Below are positions 1 through 9,863 of a stretch of 64,000 nucleotides of DNA, in pieces. Below the pieces are notes generated by a model, which was not told where the DNA came from, searched no databases, and was given only the letters and a program-made list of their open reading frames with translations. The position numbers and the translations under genes are program-made. Numbering within the stretch: position 1 is the stretch's first letter; every line of letters begins with the position of its first letter. Where the stretch lies: NCBI RefSeq assembly GCF_003334305.1, contig NZ_QOWS01000004.1; one strand, given 5' to 3'. Source of the stretch: Escherichia coli. GTDB taxonomy: Bacteria > Pseudomonadota > Gammaproteobacteria > Enterobacterales > Enterobacteriaceae.

Positions 1-83
1 CGAAAAGTCTGAAGCGATTGAATTAAGATAATATAGAAAATCAGATACAGCAAAAATGGCAGATTGATCAGGTGAAGATAAAT

Positions 84-157
84 TGGAGCGGGCGAAGGGA
101 ATCGAACCCTCGTATAGAGCTTGGGAAGCTCTCGTTCTACCATTGAACTACGCCCGC
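84..157 (-). tRNA. glyU: tRNA-Gly, anticodon CCC
   Basis: Reverse complement reads GCGGGCGTAGTTCAATGGTAGAACGAGAGCTTCCCAAGCTCTATACGAGGGTTCGATTCCCTTCGCCCGCTCCA; folds as a cloverleaf (7-bp acceptor stem, anticodon loop TTCCCAA, T-loop TTCGATT, 3' CCA encoded). Confidence 0.92.
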
Positions 158-235
158 TTCGAGATGCGTAAGGCATTATAAACCTTACGCTCTCCTTAGC
201 AAGTGCCGCGCTGCTGACTGCTGATTAATTCGCCA

Positions 236-991
236 TCAGCATTTTGGCTTGCTGCCCTGCGGCGGCAAGTAACGTAGCGGATCAATTGCCGTTGCACGGT
301 AACGAATCTGGAAATGCAGGCGAACAGATGCCGCATCCGTGCTCCCCATAGTGGCGATTTTTTGCCCAGCCTTCACGCTTTGCCCATTATTTACCAGCAT
401 CGTGTCATTATGGGCGTAAGCCGTAATGTAATCTTCACTGTGTTTAATCATGATGAGATTACCGTAGCCACGCAGCTGGTTGCCCACATACACCACCTTT
501 CCTGCACCCGCGGCGTAAATAGGTGTACCCCGTGGAGCTGAGATATCAATCCCTTTATTGCCGCCATCTGCTGTCGAATACGGCATGATAACTTTCCCTG
601 TCGTTGGCCATAACCAACAACGTTGCCCTACTGGCGGCCAGGAAGATTTCGGTACCGCTGATGACGGTGTAACCGATGCGGTTTTGGTCGTTGATTTGGC
701 GGTTGATTTACGTGTACTACTGCTACTTTTCGCCCCACCCAGTTTTAGTTTCTGACCAACTTCAATGGTGTAAGGGGGGGAAATGCCGTTCAGTCGCGCC
801 AGTTCTTTTACGCTGGTTCCCGTGGTGCGCGAAATACGATATAGCGTATCCCCCCGTTTCACGGTGTAAACGGAGCCGGAATACGTTCCTGTATCGGATG
901 ATTTGCTACCCGAACAGCCCGCCAAAAGCAGTCCAACCGATAACAACATCACGATACCCAGAGATTTTTTATTCAGGCGTCCCGCACTCAA
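236..991 (-). CDS. ygeR: LysM-domain / M23-peptidase-like lipoprotein
   Basis: ORF track 236..1015; lipobox LLAGC followed by a Ser/Thr-rich linker, a LysM-like segment (YTVKRGDTLYRISR) and an M23-like C-terminus. Track start is TTG; the 251-aa form would start at the TTG at 991. Start uncertain. Confidence 0.8.
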   Translation of the reverse strand: MSAGRLNKKSLGIVMLLSVGLLLAGCSGSKSSDTGTYSGSVYTVKRGDTLYRISRTTGTSVKELARLNGISPPYTIEVGQKLKLGGAKSSSSTRKSTAKSTTKTASVTPSSAVPKSSWPPVGQRCWLWPTTGKVIMPYSTADGGNKGIDISAPRGTPIYAAGAGKVVYVGNQLRGYGNLIMIKHSEDYITAYAHNDTMLVNNGQSVKAGQKIATMGSTDAASVRLHFQIRYRATAIDPLRYLPPQGSKPKC

Positions 992-1334
992 AATCTTTCC
1001 TCGCTTAAAAAACAAGACGCCTTATCATAGCAGCCAGCCTCTTGATACCCAATCTCTTGCTTCTGGAAAAACGTGGTAATAGAGAAAGAGGTTAATTTCA
1101 TTTGGCAAAGGGAAGTATCATCAGCAAAATATTCGCTGTAGAGGTATCGAACTTCCTGACTTTTTACCCTATTTCCCATCCTGATGCGTAATAATCCCAA
1201 TTTATCACATTGATTTTATCGCCACTCATATTGATACGTATCACTGCCCCTATTCAGAGTCCTGTTTCGTATCATATCTGTGTTTTTTTAACGTCATCAC
1301 ACTTCCTACCTCCCCTAACGCTTATCGTCGTTTC

Positions 1335-1350
1335 TGGCGTAAATCTTGCC
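1335..1350 (+). promoter_or_regulatory. Candidate sigma54 (-24/-12) promoter upstream of xdhA
   Basis: TGGCGT-aaatc-TTGCC: GG at 1336-1337 and GC at 1348-1349 with canonical spacing, about 95 bp upstream of the xdhA start. Confidence 0.5.
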
Positions 1351-1444
1351 TGCTTAGACTAAATCTTTGCCATAAGAACCAAATGTTCAAATCGAGGGGA
1401 TTTCTATGGAAGCGCGGGAAGCAACCGCTACGGGTGAATCATGC

Positions 1445-3703
1445 ATGCGCGTCGATGCCATTGCTAAGGTCACCGGGCGGGCACGATATACTGACGATTA
1501 TGTTATGGCGGGCATGTGTTATGCGAAATATGTACGTAGCCCTATCGCACATGGTTATGCCGTAAGTATTAATGATGAACAAGCCAGAAGTTTGCCGGGC
1601 GTACTGGCGATTTTTACCTGGGAAGATGTGCCTGATATTCCATTTGCTACTGCTGGGCATGCCTGGACACTTGACGAAAACAAGCGCGATACCGCCGATC
1701 GCGCACTGCTAACTCGCCATGTTCGTCATCATGGTGACGCCGTTGCCATCGTCGTGGCCCGCGATGAACTCACGGCAGAAAAAGCGGCGCAATTGGTCAG
1801 CATTGAGTGGCAAGAATTACCCGTTATCACCACGCCAGAAGCGGCGCTGGCAGAAGACGCTGCACCAATCCATAACGGTGGCAATTTACTGAAACAAAGC
1901 ACGATGTCGACGGGTAATGTCCAACAAACAATCGATGCCGCCGACTACCAGGTACAGGGGCACTATCAGACCCCCGTTATTCAACATTGTCACATGGAAA
2001 GCGTAACATCGCTGGCGTGGATGGAGGATGACTCGCGAATTACCATCGTTTCCAGCACCCAGATCCCGCACATTGTTCGCCGCGTGGTTGGTCAGGCGCT
2101 GGATATTCCCTGGTCATGCGTACGAGTCATCAAACCGTTTGTCGGTGGCGGTTTTGGTAATAAACAGGATGTACTGGAAGAGCCAATGGCGGCATTCCTG
2201 ACCAGCAAGCTTGGCGGCATTCCGGTGAAAGTTTCCCTTAGCCGTGAAGAGTGTTTCCTCGCAACCCGTACCCGCCACGCTTTTACCATTGACGGGCAAA
2301 TGGGCGTGAACCGCGACGGAACATTGAAAGGTTATAGTCTGGATGTTCTGTCTAACACCGGCGCTTATGCATCTCACGGGCACTCCATCGCTTCTGCGGG
2401 GGGGAATAAAGTCGCTTACCTTTATCCTCGTTGTGCCTACGCTTACAGTTCAAAGACCTGCTATACCAACCTCCCCTCGGCTGGTGCGATGCGTGGTTAT
2501 GGCGCGCCACAAGTCGTATTTGCCGTTGAGTCTATGCTTGATGACGCCGCGACAGCGTTAGGTATTGATCCTGTTGAAATTCGTTTACGCAACGCCGCCC
2601 GCGAAGGAGATGCTAATCCGCTCACGGGCAAACGTATTTACAGCGCAGGGTTGCCGGAGTGTCTTGAAAAAGGCCGGAAAATCTTTGAATGGGAAAAACG
2701 CCGTGCAGAATGCCAGAACCAGCAAGGCAATTTGCGCCGCGGCGTTGGCGTCGCCTGTTTTAGCTACACCTCTAACACCTGGCCTGTCGGCGTAGAAATA
2801 GCAGGCGCGCGCCTTCTGATGAATCAGGATGGAACCATCAACGTGCAAAGCGGCGCGACGGAAATCGGTCAGGGTGCCGACACCGTCTTCTCGCAAATGG
2901 TGGCAGAAACCGTGGGGGTTCCGGTCAGCGACGTTCGCGTTATTTCAACTCAAGATACCGACGTTACGCCGTTCGATCCCGGCGCATTTGCCTCACGCCA
3001 GAGCTATGTTGCCGCGCCTGCGCTGCGCAGTGCGGCACTATTATTAAAAGAGAAAATCATCGCTCACGCCGCAGTCATGCTACATCAGTCAGCGATGAAT
3101 CTGACCCTGATAAAAGGCCATATCGTGCTGGTTGAACGACCGGAAGAGCCGTTAATGTCGTTAAAAGATTTGGCGATGGACGCTTTCTACCACCCTGAAC
3201 GCGGCGGGCAGCTCTCTGCTGAAAGCTCCATCAAAACCACCACTAACCCACCGGCGTTTGGCTGTACCTTTGTTGATCTGACGGTCGATATTGCGCTGTG
3301 CAAAGTCATCATCAACCGCATCCTCAACGTTCATGATTCAGGGCATATTCTTAATCCACTGCTGGCAGAAGGTCAGGTACACGGCGGAATGGGAATGGGC
3401 ATTGGCTGGGCGCTATTTGAAGAGATGATCATCGATGCTAAAAGCGGCGTGGTCCGTAACCCCAATCTGCTGGATTACAAAATGCCGACCATGCCGGATC
3501 TGCCACAACTGGAAAGCGCGTTCGTCGAAATCAATGAGCCGCAATCCGCATACGGACATAAGTCACTGGGTGAGCCACCAATAATTCCTGTTGCCGCTGC
3601 TATTCGTAACGCGGTGAAGATGGCTACCGGTGTTGCAATCAATACACTGCCGCTGACGCCAAAACGGTTATATGAAGAGTTCCATCTGGCAGGATTGATT
3701 TGA
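1445..3703 (+). CDS. xdhA: Xanthine dehydrogenase, molybdopterin-binding subunit
   Basis: 752-aa form starting MRVDAIAKVTGRARYTDDY; KPFVGGGFGNKQD motif typical of the xanthine oxidase family. An in-frame ATG at 1406 has a stronger Shine-Dalgarno (SD). Confidence 0.93.
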   Translation: MRVDAIAKVTGRARYTDDYVMAGMCYAKYVRSPIAHGYAVSINDEQARSLPGVLAIFTWEDVPDIPFATAGHAWTLDENKRDTADRALLTRHVRHHGDAVAIVVARDELTAEKAAQLVSIEWQELPVITTPEAALAEDAAPIHNGGNLLKQSTMSTGNVQQTIDAADYQVQGHYQTPVIQHCHMESVTSLAWMEDDSRITIVSSTQIPHIVRRVVGQALDIPWSCVRVIKPFVGGGFGNKQDVLEEPMAAFLTSKLGGIPVKVSLSREECFLATRTRHAFTIDGQMGVNRDGTLKGYSLDVLSNTGAYASHGHSIASAGGNKVAYLYPRCAYAYSSKTCYTNLPSAGAMRGYGAPQVVFAVESMLDDAATALGIDPVEIRLRNAAREGDANPLTGKRIYSAGLPECLEKGRKIFEWEKRRAECQNQQGNLRRGVGVACFSYTSNTWPVGVEIAGARLLMNQDGTINVQSGATEIGQGADTVFSQMVAETVGVPVSDVRVISTQDTDVTPFDPGAFASRQSYVAAPALRSAALLLKEKIIAHAAVMLHQSAMNLTLIKGHIVLVERPEEPLMSLKDLAMDAFYHPERGGQLSAESSIKTTTNPPAFGCTFVDLTVDIALCKVIINRILNVHDSGHILNPLLAEGQVHGGMGMGIGWALFEEMIIDAKSGVVRNPNLLDYKMPTMPDLPQLESAFVEINEPQSAYGHKSLGEPPIIPVAAAIRNAVKMATGVAINTLPLTPKRLYEEFHLAGLI

Positions 3704-3713
3704 GGATAACATC

Positions 3714-4592
3714 ATGTTTGATTTTGCTTCTTACCATCGCGCAGCAACCCTTGCCGATGCCATCAACCTGCTGGCTGACAACCCGCAGGCCAAACTGCTC
3801 GCCGGTGGCACTGACGTACTGATTCAGCTCCACCATCACAATGACCGTTATCGCCATATTGTTGATATTCATAATCTGGCGGAGCTGCGGGGAATTACGC
3901 TGGCGGAAGATGGCTCGCTACGTATCGGCTCTGCAACGACATTTACCCAGCTAATAGAAGATCCTATAACTCAACGTCATCTCCCGGCGTTATGTGCTGC
4001 GGCCACGTCCATTGCTGGACCGCAGATCCGTAACGTCGCTACCTACGGTGGAAATATTTGCAACGGTGCCACCAGCGCAGATTCTGCCACGCCAACGCTA
4101 ATTTATGACGCGAAACTGGAGATCCACTCCCCGCGCGGTGTTCGTTTCGTCCCGATTAATGGCTTTCACACCGGGCCGGGCAAAGTGTCTCTTGAGCATG
4201 ACGAAATCCTCGTCGCCTTTCATTTTCCGCCACAGCCGAAAGAACACGCGGGCAGCGCGCATTTTAAATATGCCATGCGCGACGCAATGGATATTTCAAC
4301 GATTGGCTGCGCCGCACATTGCCGACTGGATAACGGCAATTTCAGCGAATTACGCCTGGCATTTGGTGTTGCCGCGCCAACGCCGATTCGCTGCCAACAT
4401 GCCGAACATACTGCACAAAATGCGCCATTAAACCTGCAAACGCTGGAAGCTATCAGCGAATCTGTCCTGCAAGATGTCGCCCCGCGTTCTTCATGGCGGG
4501 CCAGTAAAGAGTTTCGTCTGCATCTCATCCAGACGATGACCAAAAAAGTGATTAGCGAAGCCGTCGCCGCGGCGGGGGGAAAATTGCAATGA
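3714..4592 (+). CDS. xdhB: Xanthine dehydrogenase, FAD-binding subunit
   Basis: 292 aa; CO-dehydrogenase flavoprotein-like (LLAGGTDVL motif); stop overlaps the xdhC start (ATGA). Confidence 0.93.
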
Positions 4593-5068
4593 ATCACAGC
4601 GAAACAATTACCATCGAATGCACCATTAACGGGATGCCTTTTCAGCTTCACGCCGCACCAGGCACGCCGCTCTCGGAATTACTCCGCGAACAAGGACTGC
4701 TAAGTGTCAAACAAGGGTGCTGCGTGGGTGAATGTGGTGCCTGTACGGTGTTGGTCGACGGCACAGCAATAGACAGTTGCTTATACCTTGCCGCCTGGGC
4801 TGAAGGAAAAGAGATCCGCACGCTGGAAGGTGAAGCGAAAGGCGGAAAACTTTCTCATGTTCAGCAGGCTTATGCGAAATCCGGCGCAGTGCAGTGCGGG
4901 TTTTGTACGCCTGGCCTGATTATGGCTACCACGGCAATGCTGGCGAAACCACGCGAGAAGCCATTAACCATTACGGAAATTCGTCGCGGACTGGCGGGAA
5001 ATCTTTGTCGCTGCACGGGGTATCAGATGATTGTAAATACAGTTCTGGATTGCGAGAAAACGAAGTAA
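4589..5068 (+). CDS. xdhC: Xanthine dehydrogenase, [2Fe-2S] iron-sulfur subunit
   Basis: 159 aa; cysteine motifs [19 protein letters not shown] and CRCTGY typical of two [2Fe-2S] clusters. Confidence 0.93.
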
Positions 5069-5074
5069 AAGGAT

Positions 5075-5098
5075 ATCCGGCCTGAATTCAGGCCGGAT
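5075..5098. terminator. Perfect 24-bp palindrome between convergent xdhC and ygeV; likely bidirectional terminator
   Basis: ATCCGGCCTGAA/TTCAGGCCGGAT lies between the xdhC stop (5068) and the ygeV stop (5108). Confidence 0.6.
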
Positions 5099-5107
5099 TC
5101 ACTGAGG

Positions 5108-6886
5108 TTATGTGTTTAACAACTCATATTTCTTAATCTTGCGATAGAGCGTAGCAATGCCGATGCCCAGTTCATCAGCAACTTGCTTCTTGCTGTTATG
5201 ACGTGAAAGCGCCTCGCGGATCATTTGCTTTTCCATCTCCTCCAGCGCCGTGCCGCCCGCATCATCGAGTGACAGGTGCGCCTCACTGACCTCTGTTACA
5301 TCACTTTGCTCCGTTGTGCCATTATTCAGCAGATTTGGCGGCAATAGCGTGCTGTCGATAACTTCACCTGAAGGAACTACGTTAACCAGATATTCCATCA
5401 AATTGCTTAACTCGCGCAGGTTTCCGGGCCAACGATGCTTACGCAATATTTCGACGACATCGGGAGCAATGCCAGGATAAACCGATCCCAGACGACGGGT
5501 ATGCAGATGTAAAAAGTAATGCACCAATAGTTCAATATCTTCCTGACGTTCACGCAGCGGTGGCAGAGTTATCGGGATAACATTAAGTCGGTAGAAGAGA
5601 TCTTCGCGGAATTTACCTTCGGCAATGAACTGGGCCAAATTCTGATTAGTTGCAGAAATGATGCGAATGTCGACTTGTATTGGGCTACTGGCACCAATCG
5701 GCAGAATTTCACGCGCCTCAATAGCGCGCAGTAATTTAGCCTGCAACATTAATGGCATATCACCTATTTCATCGAGAAACAGCGTGCCCGTATTCGCCGC
5801 CTGAATCAACCCTGTTTTACCGTTGGCAGAAGCGCCAGTAAATGCGCCTTTAACATAACCGAACAGTTCGCTTTCCAGAAGCTGCTCCGGAATCGCGGCA
5901 CAGTTGATAGCAATAAAGGGTTTATTCCGTCTTCCGCTCAACTTATGGATTGCTCGGGCGACGACTTCTTTACCCGTGCCGCTTTCACCAACCACCATAA
6001 CGCTGGATGGGCTGGGTGCAATACGGCTAATGAGTCGTTTTAATTGCCACATAACACGGCACTCGCCAACCAATTGTTCAATATGTGGTTCATCAGGTGC
6101 ATTTGCTACAGAAAAACTGGTATGCGATTGGTGAAATGCCATTAAAAATAATTGTCGGCCCTGAATGTTATGCAATTGACCAATGATTAATTCACTTTTA
6201 TCGTCCCACGAAACAATATGCTGCATATGTCCATGAGTAAAATTACTCTCAAATGTTAATGGTCTGAAACGGATAGGTTTCCCAATAATATTATTTTGTA
6301 CAACACCAAGTGTTTTTAAGGCAGTCTGATTAACAAACTGAACCCGACTTTCATCATCAACAACTAATACGCCCTGATCCATATTATCGATCATGGTCGC
6401 GAATATTTTACTGATGTTATCTCCTGGCCCCTGATCCTCCAGAAGTTTCGAAACAAAAATGGTGGATATATGGCGAACATAATCAGAAAATTCGCGTAAA
6501 TTATCACTGATATGCTCTTGTTGCTCGTGGGTAACGGCAATCAAACTTATCACCCCAACACAACGATCCTGTAAAATGACAGGCGTACCCAGAAATGCTT
6601 TTTCGCGGCAATTTTCTTTACTATCGCAACCTTCGCAAAGGGGATCGAAGCGAGACTGTGTCACAACTTTTTCAGTTTTCGTTTCCAGGACGTGGCGGAG
6701 CAGGCGTGAGTTGCCGCTCAACTGGCGACCAAGAAACTTCCCATACGCGCCCGTTCCGGCGACGCGACACAAGTTTTCATCAACGATCTCAACCTCAAGC
6801 TGCAAAACGCTGGCAAGCATTCTGGCAAAACGCTGAATTGTCGGTTGAATTTGCATCAATACTGACTGCGTAGTAGCAAGCTCCAT
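5108..6886 (-). CDS. ygeV: Sigma54-dependent transcriptional activator (enhancer-binding protein)
   Basis: 592 aa; Walker A GESGTGKE, GAFTGA sigma54-contact motif, C-terminal helix-turn-helix (QVADELGIGIATLYRKI), N-terminal sensory region. Confidence 0.92.
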   Translation of the reverse strand: MELATTQSVLMQIQPTIQRFARMLASVLQLEVEIVDENLCRVAGTGAYGKFLGRQLSGNSRLLRHVLETKTEKVVTQSRFDPLCEGCDSKENCREKAFLGTPVILQDRCVGVISLIAVTHEQQEHISDNLREFSDYVRHISTIFVSKLLEDQGPGDNISKIFATMIDNMDQGVLVVDDESRVQFVNQTALKTLGVVQNNIIGKPIRFRPLTFESNFTHGHMQHIVSWDDKSELIIGQLHNIQGRQLFLMAFHQSHTSFSVANAPDEPHIEQLVGECRVMWQLKRLISRIAPSPSSVMVVGESGTGKEVVARAIHKLSGRRNKPFIAINCAAIPEQLLESELFGYVKGAFTGASANGKTGLIQAANTGTLFLDEIGDMPLMLQAKLLRAIEAREILPIGASSPIQVDIRIISATNQNLAQFIAEGKFREDLFYRLNVIPITLPPLRERQEDIELLVHYFLHLHTRRLGSVYPGIAPDVVEILRKHRWPGNLRELSNLMEYLVNVVPSGEVIDSTLLPPNLLNNGTTEQSDVTEVSEAHLSLDDAGGTALEEMEKQMIREALSRHNSKKQVADELGIGIATLYRKIKKYELLNT

Positions 6887-7148
6887 AGCTTTACCTTCCA
6901 GACTTACTTAAAAGTCGATCATTGAAGACGTTGATGGTTCACAGATCATGATGATATTAACTCAGGCGAAATTGGCTTTGATAAAAACATAAGATTTTTA
7001 TCATTTTCTAATGAAATTATGGAAGAGATATCACATTTCTATATCAATATGAGAATTACGGCGGTGAGTTTATCAAACTGAAGAGAGATAGCCTGTCCCT
7101 TTATCTTATTTCTGATACTTAGCAGCAAATAAATAACGCGATAAAAAA

Positions 7149-7164
7149 AGCCAAACGTTTTCGT
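7149..7164. promoter_or_regulatory. PurR-box-like palindrome in the ygeV-ygeW intergenic region
   Basis: AGCCAAACGTTTTCGT matches 13 of 16 positions of the PurR operator consensus ACGCAAACGTTTGCGT. Confidence 0.3.
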
Positions 7165-7361
7165 ATTTTACAAACAACCGGAAGCTGGCATCAATTTGTG
7201 ATCAACCCCACACATTATCCGTCAAATTAGTCTTTTGCAGCCCCGTGGATAATTCTGGCACACTTATTGTTAGTCCCAGGTATAGCTGTGAAAACACCAA
7301 TCACTTTGGCAAGTCACAGTGAAATAAACCACTTTGCCTGTCATTCCACTACCGGGACTTT

Positions 7362-8552
7362 ATGATGAAAACTGTTAATGAGCTGATTAAGGATATCAAT
7401 TCGCTGACCTCTCACCTTCACGAGAAAGATTTTTTGTTAACGTGGGAACAGACGCCAGATGAACTGAAACAAGTACTGGACGTTGCCGCAGCATTAAAAG
7501 CACTGCGTGCTGAAAACATCTCAACCAAAGTCTTTAATAGTGGATTAGGTATTTCCGTATTCCGCGACAACTCCACCCGTACCCGCTTCTCTTATGCTTC
7601 CGCGCTTAACCTGCTCGGCCTTGCACAACAAGATCTCGACGAAGGCAAATCACAAATCGCTCACGGCGAAACCGTGCGTGAAACCGCCAATATGATCTCC
7701 TTCTGCGCCGACGCTATTGGTATTCGCGACGATATGTATCTGGGCGCAGGCAACGCCTATATGCGTGAAGTTGGCGCTGCACTTGATGACGGTTACAAGC
7801 AGGGTGTACTGCCACAGCGTCCGGCTTTAGTGAACCTGCAATGCGATATTGACCACCCGACTCAGTCAATGGCTGACCTCGCGTGGTTACGTGAACACTT
7901 TGGTTCACTGGAAAACCTGAAAGGTAAAAAAATCGCCATGACCTGGGCCTACTCTCCAAGCTATGGCAAACCGCTCTCTGTACCACAAGGCATCATCGGT
8001 CTGATGACTCGCTTCGGTATGGATGTCACCCTGGCCCATCCGGAAGGCTACGACCTGATCCCGGATGTGGTTGAAGTGGCGAAAAACAATGCTAAAGCAT
8101 CTGGCGGTAGCTTCCGTCAGGTCACCAGCATGGAAGAAGCGTTCAAAGATGCAGACATCGTTTATCCGAAGTCATGGGCACCTTACAAAGTGATGGAACA
8201 GCGTACCGAATTGCTGCGCGCTAACGATCACGAAGGCTTAAAAGCACTGGAAAAACAGTGTCTGGCACAGAACGCGCAACACAAAGACTGGCATTGTACT
8301 GAAGAGATGATGGAACTGACCCGTGATGGCGAAGCCCTGTACATGCACTGCCTGCCAGCTGATATCAGCGGCGTATCCTGTAAAGAAGGTGAAGTGACTG
8401 AAGGCGTATTCGAAAAATACCGTATCGCAACCTACAAAGAAGCCAGCTGGAAGCCTTATATCATCGCCGCGATGATCCTGTCCCGTAAATACGCCAAACC
8501 AGGTGCACTGCTCGAGCAACTGCTGAAAGAAGCGCAAGAACGCGTGAAATAA
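7362..8552 (+). CDS. ygeW: Transcarbamylase-family protein (carbamoyltransferase, unknown substrate)
   Basis: 396 aa; STRTR carbamoyl-phosphate-binding motif (FRDNSTRTRFS) and HCLPA motif. Confidence 0.9.
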   Translation: MMKTVNELIKDINSLTSHLHEKDFLLTWEQTPDELKQVLDVAAALKALRAENISTKVFNSGLGISVFRDNSTRTRFSYASALNLLGLAQQDLDEGKSQIAHGETVRETANMISFCADAIGIRDDMYLGAGNAYMREVGAALDDGYKQGVLPQRPALVNLQCDIDHPTQSMADLAWLREHFGSLENLKGKKIAMTWAYSPSYGKPLSVPQGIIGLMTRFGMDVTLAHPEGYDLIPDVVEVAKNNAKASGGSFRQVTSMEEAFKDADIVYPKSWAPYKVMEQRTELLRANDHEGLKALEKQCLAQNAQHKDWHCTEEMMELTRDGEALYMHCLPADISGVSCKEGEVTEGVFEKYRIATYKEASWKPYIIAAMILSRKYAKPGALLEQLLKEAQERVK

Positions 8553-8609
8553 CCCCTCGGGCCGATCAACTGGTCGGCCCTCTATTTCCAGAGGCCAAAA
8601 GGATAGGAT

Positions 8610-9806
8610 ATGTCCGTTTTCTCATTGAAGATTGATATCGCCGATAACAAATTTTTCAACGGCGAAACATCACCGCTCTTTTCGCAAAGCCAGGCCAAAC
8701 TGGCGCGCCAGTTCCACCAGAAAATAGCTGGTTATCGCCCAACACCGCTTTGTGCGCTGGACGATCTCGCAAACCTTTTTGGTGTGAAGAAAATTCTTGT
8801 CAAAGACGAATCAAAACGATTCGGTCTGAACGCCTTCAAAATGCTCGGCGGTGCGTACGCCATCGCTCAATTATTGTGTGAAAAATATCATCTTGATATC
8901 GAAACGCTGTCATTTGAGCACCTGAAAAATGCCATCGGCGAAAAAATGACTTTCGCGACCACCACCGACGGCAACCACGGGCGCGGTGTGGCGTGGGCAG
9001 CGCAGCAACTCGGACAGAATGCGGTGATTTACATGCCGAAAGGTTCTGCTCAGGAACGCGTTGACGCCATTCTGAACCTCGGTGCCGAGTGCATCGTCAC
9101 GGATATGAACTATGACGATACCGTTCGCCTGACCATGCAACACGCGCAGCAGCACGGCTGGGAAGTGGTACAGGACACGGCATGGGAAGGTTACACCAAA
9201 ATCCCAACCTGGATCATGCAAGGCTACGCAACCCTGGCAGATGAAGCCGTCGAGCAAATGCGTGAAATGGGCGTAACCCCGACGCACGTTCTGCTGCAAG
9301 CCGGTGTCGGAGCAATGGCCGGTGGTGTGCTGGGTTATCTGGTCGACGTCTATAGCCCGCAAAATCTGCACAGCATTATTGTTGAACCTGACAAAGCTGA
9401 CTGTATTTATCGCTCCGGCGTCAAAGGCGACATCGTCAACGTTGGCGGTGATATGGCCACCATCATGGCGGGCCTGGCCTGTGGCGAACCTAACCCGCTG
9501 GGCTGGGAAATCCTACGTAACTGCGCCACCCAATTCATCTCCTGCCAGGACAGCGTTGCCGCATTAGGTATGCGCGTGCTGGGTAATCCGTACGGCAACG
9601 ACCCGCGCATCATCTCCGGTGAATCCGGCGCTGTCGGTTTGGGCGTTCTCGCGGCGGTTCATTATCACCCGCAACGTCAAAGCCTGATGGAAAAACTGGC
9701 GCTGAACAAAGATGCCGTGGTGCTGGTTATCAGCACTGAAGGCGACACCGACGTGAAGCACTACCGCGAAGTTGTCTGGGAAGGCAAACACGCTGTAGCA
9801 CCTTAA
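8610..9806 (+). CDS. ygeX: PLP-dependent diaminopropionate ammonia-lyase
   Basis: 398 aa; PLP-dependent threonine-dehydratase/tryptophan-synthase-beta fold; also called dpaL. Confidence 0.9.
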   Translation: MSVFSLKIDIADNKFFNGETSPLFSQSQAKLARQFHQKIAGYRPTPLCALDDLANLFGVKKILVKDESKRFGLNAFKMLGGAYAIAQLLCEKYHLDIETLSFEHLKNAIGEKMTFATTTDGNHGRGVAWAAQQLGQNAVIYMPKGSAQERVDAILNLGAECIVTDMNYDDTVRLTMQHAQQHGWEVVQDTAWEGYTKIPTWIMQGYATLADEAVEQMREMGVTPTHVLLQAGVGAMAGGVLGYLVDVYSPQNLHSIIVEPDKADCIYRSGVKGDIVNVGGDMATIMAGLACGEPNPLGWEILRNCATQFISCQDSVAALGMRVLGNPYGNDPRIISGESGAVGLGVLAAVHYHPQRQSLMEKLALNKDAVVLVISTEGDTDVKHYREVVWEGKHAVAP

Positions 9807-9863
9807 TCACCCTATTGGAACTACTCCCTGCAAAACGGGGAGTAAAAAATCTGGAGAAAAATA

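Noticed and set aside
7256-7271. Sigma54 promoter for ygeW (TGGCAC-N5-TTGT)
   Set aside because: The -24 element is perfect but the -12 element has GT instead of the conserved GC; kept only as a weak candidate within the PurR-box finding.
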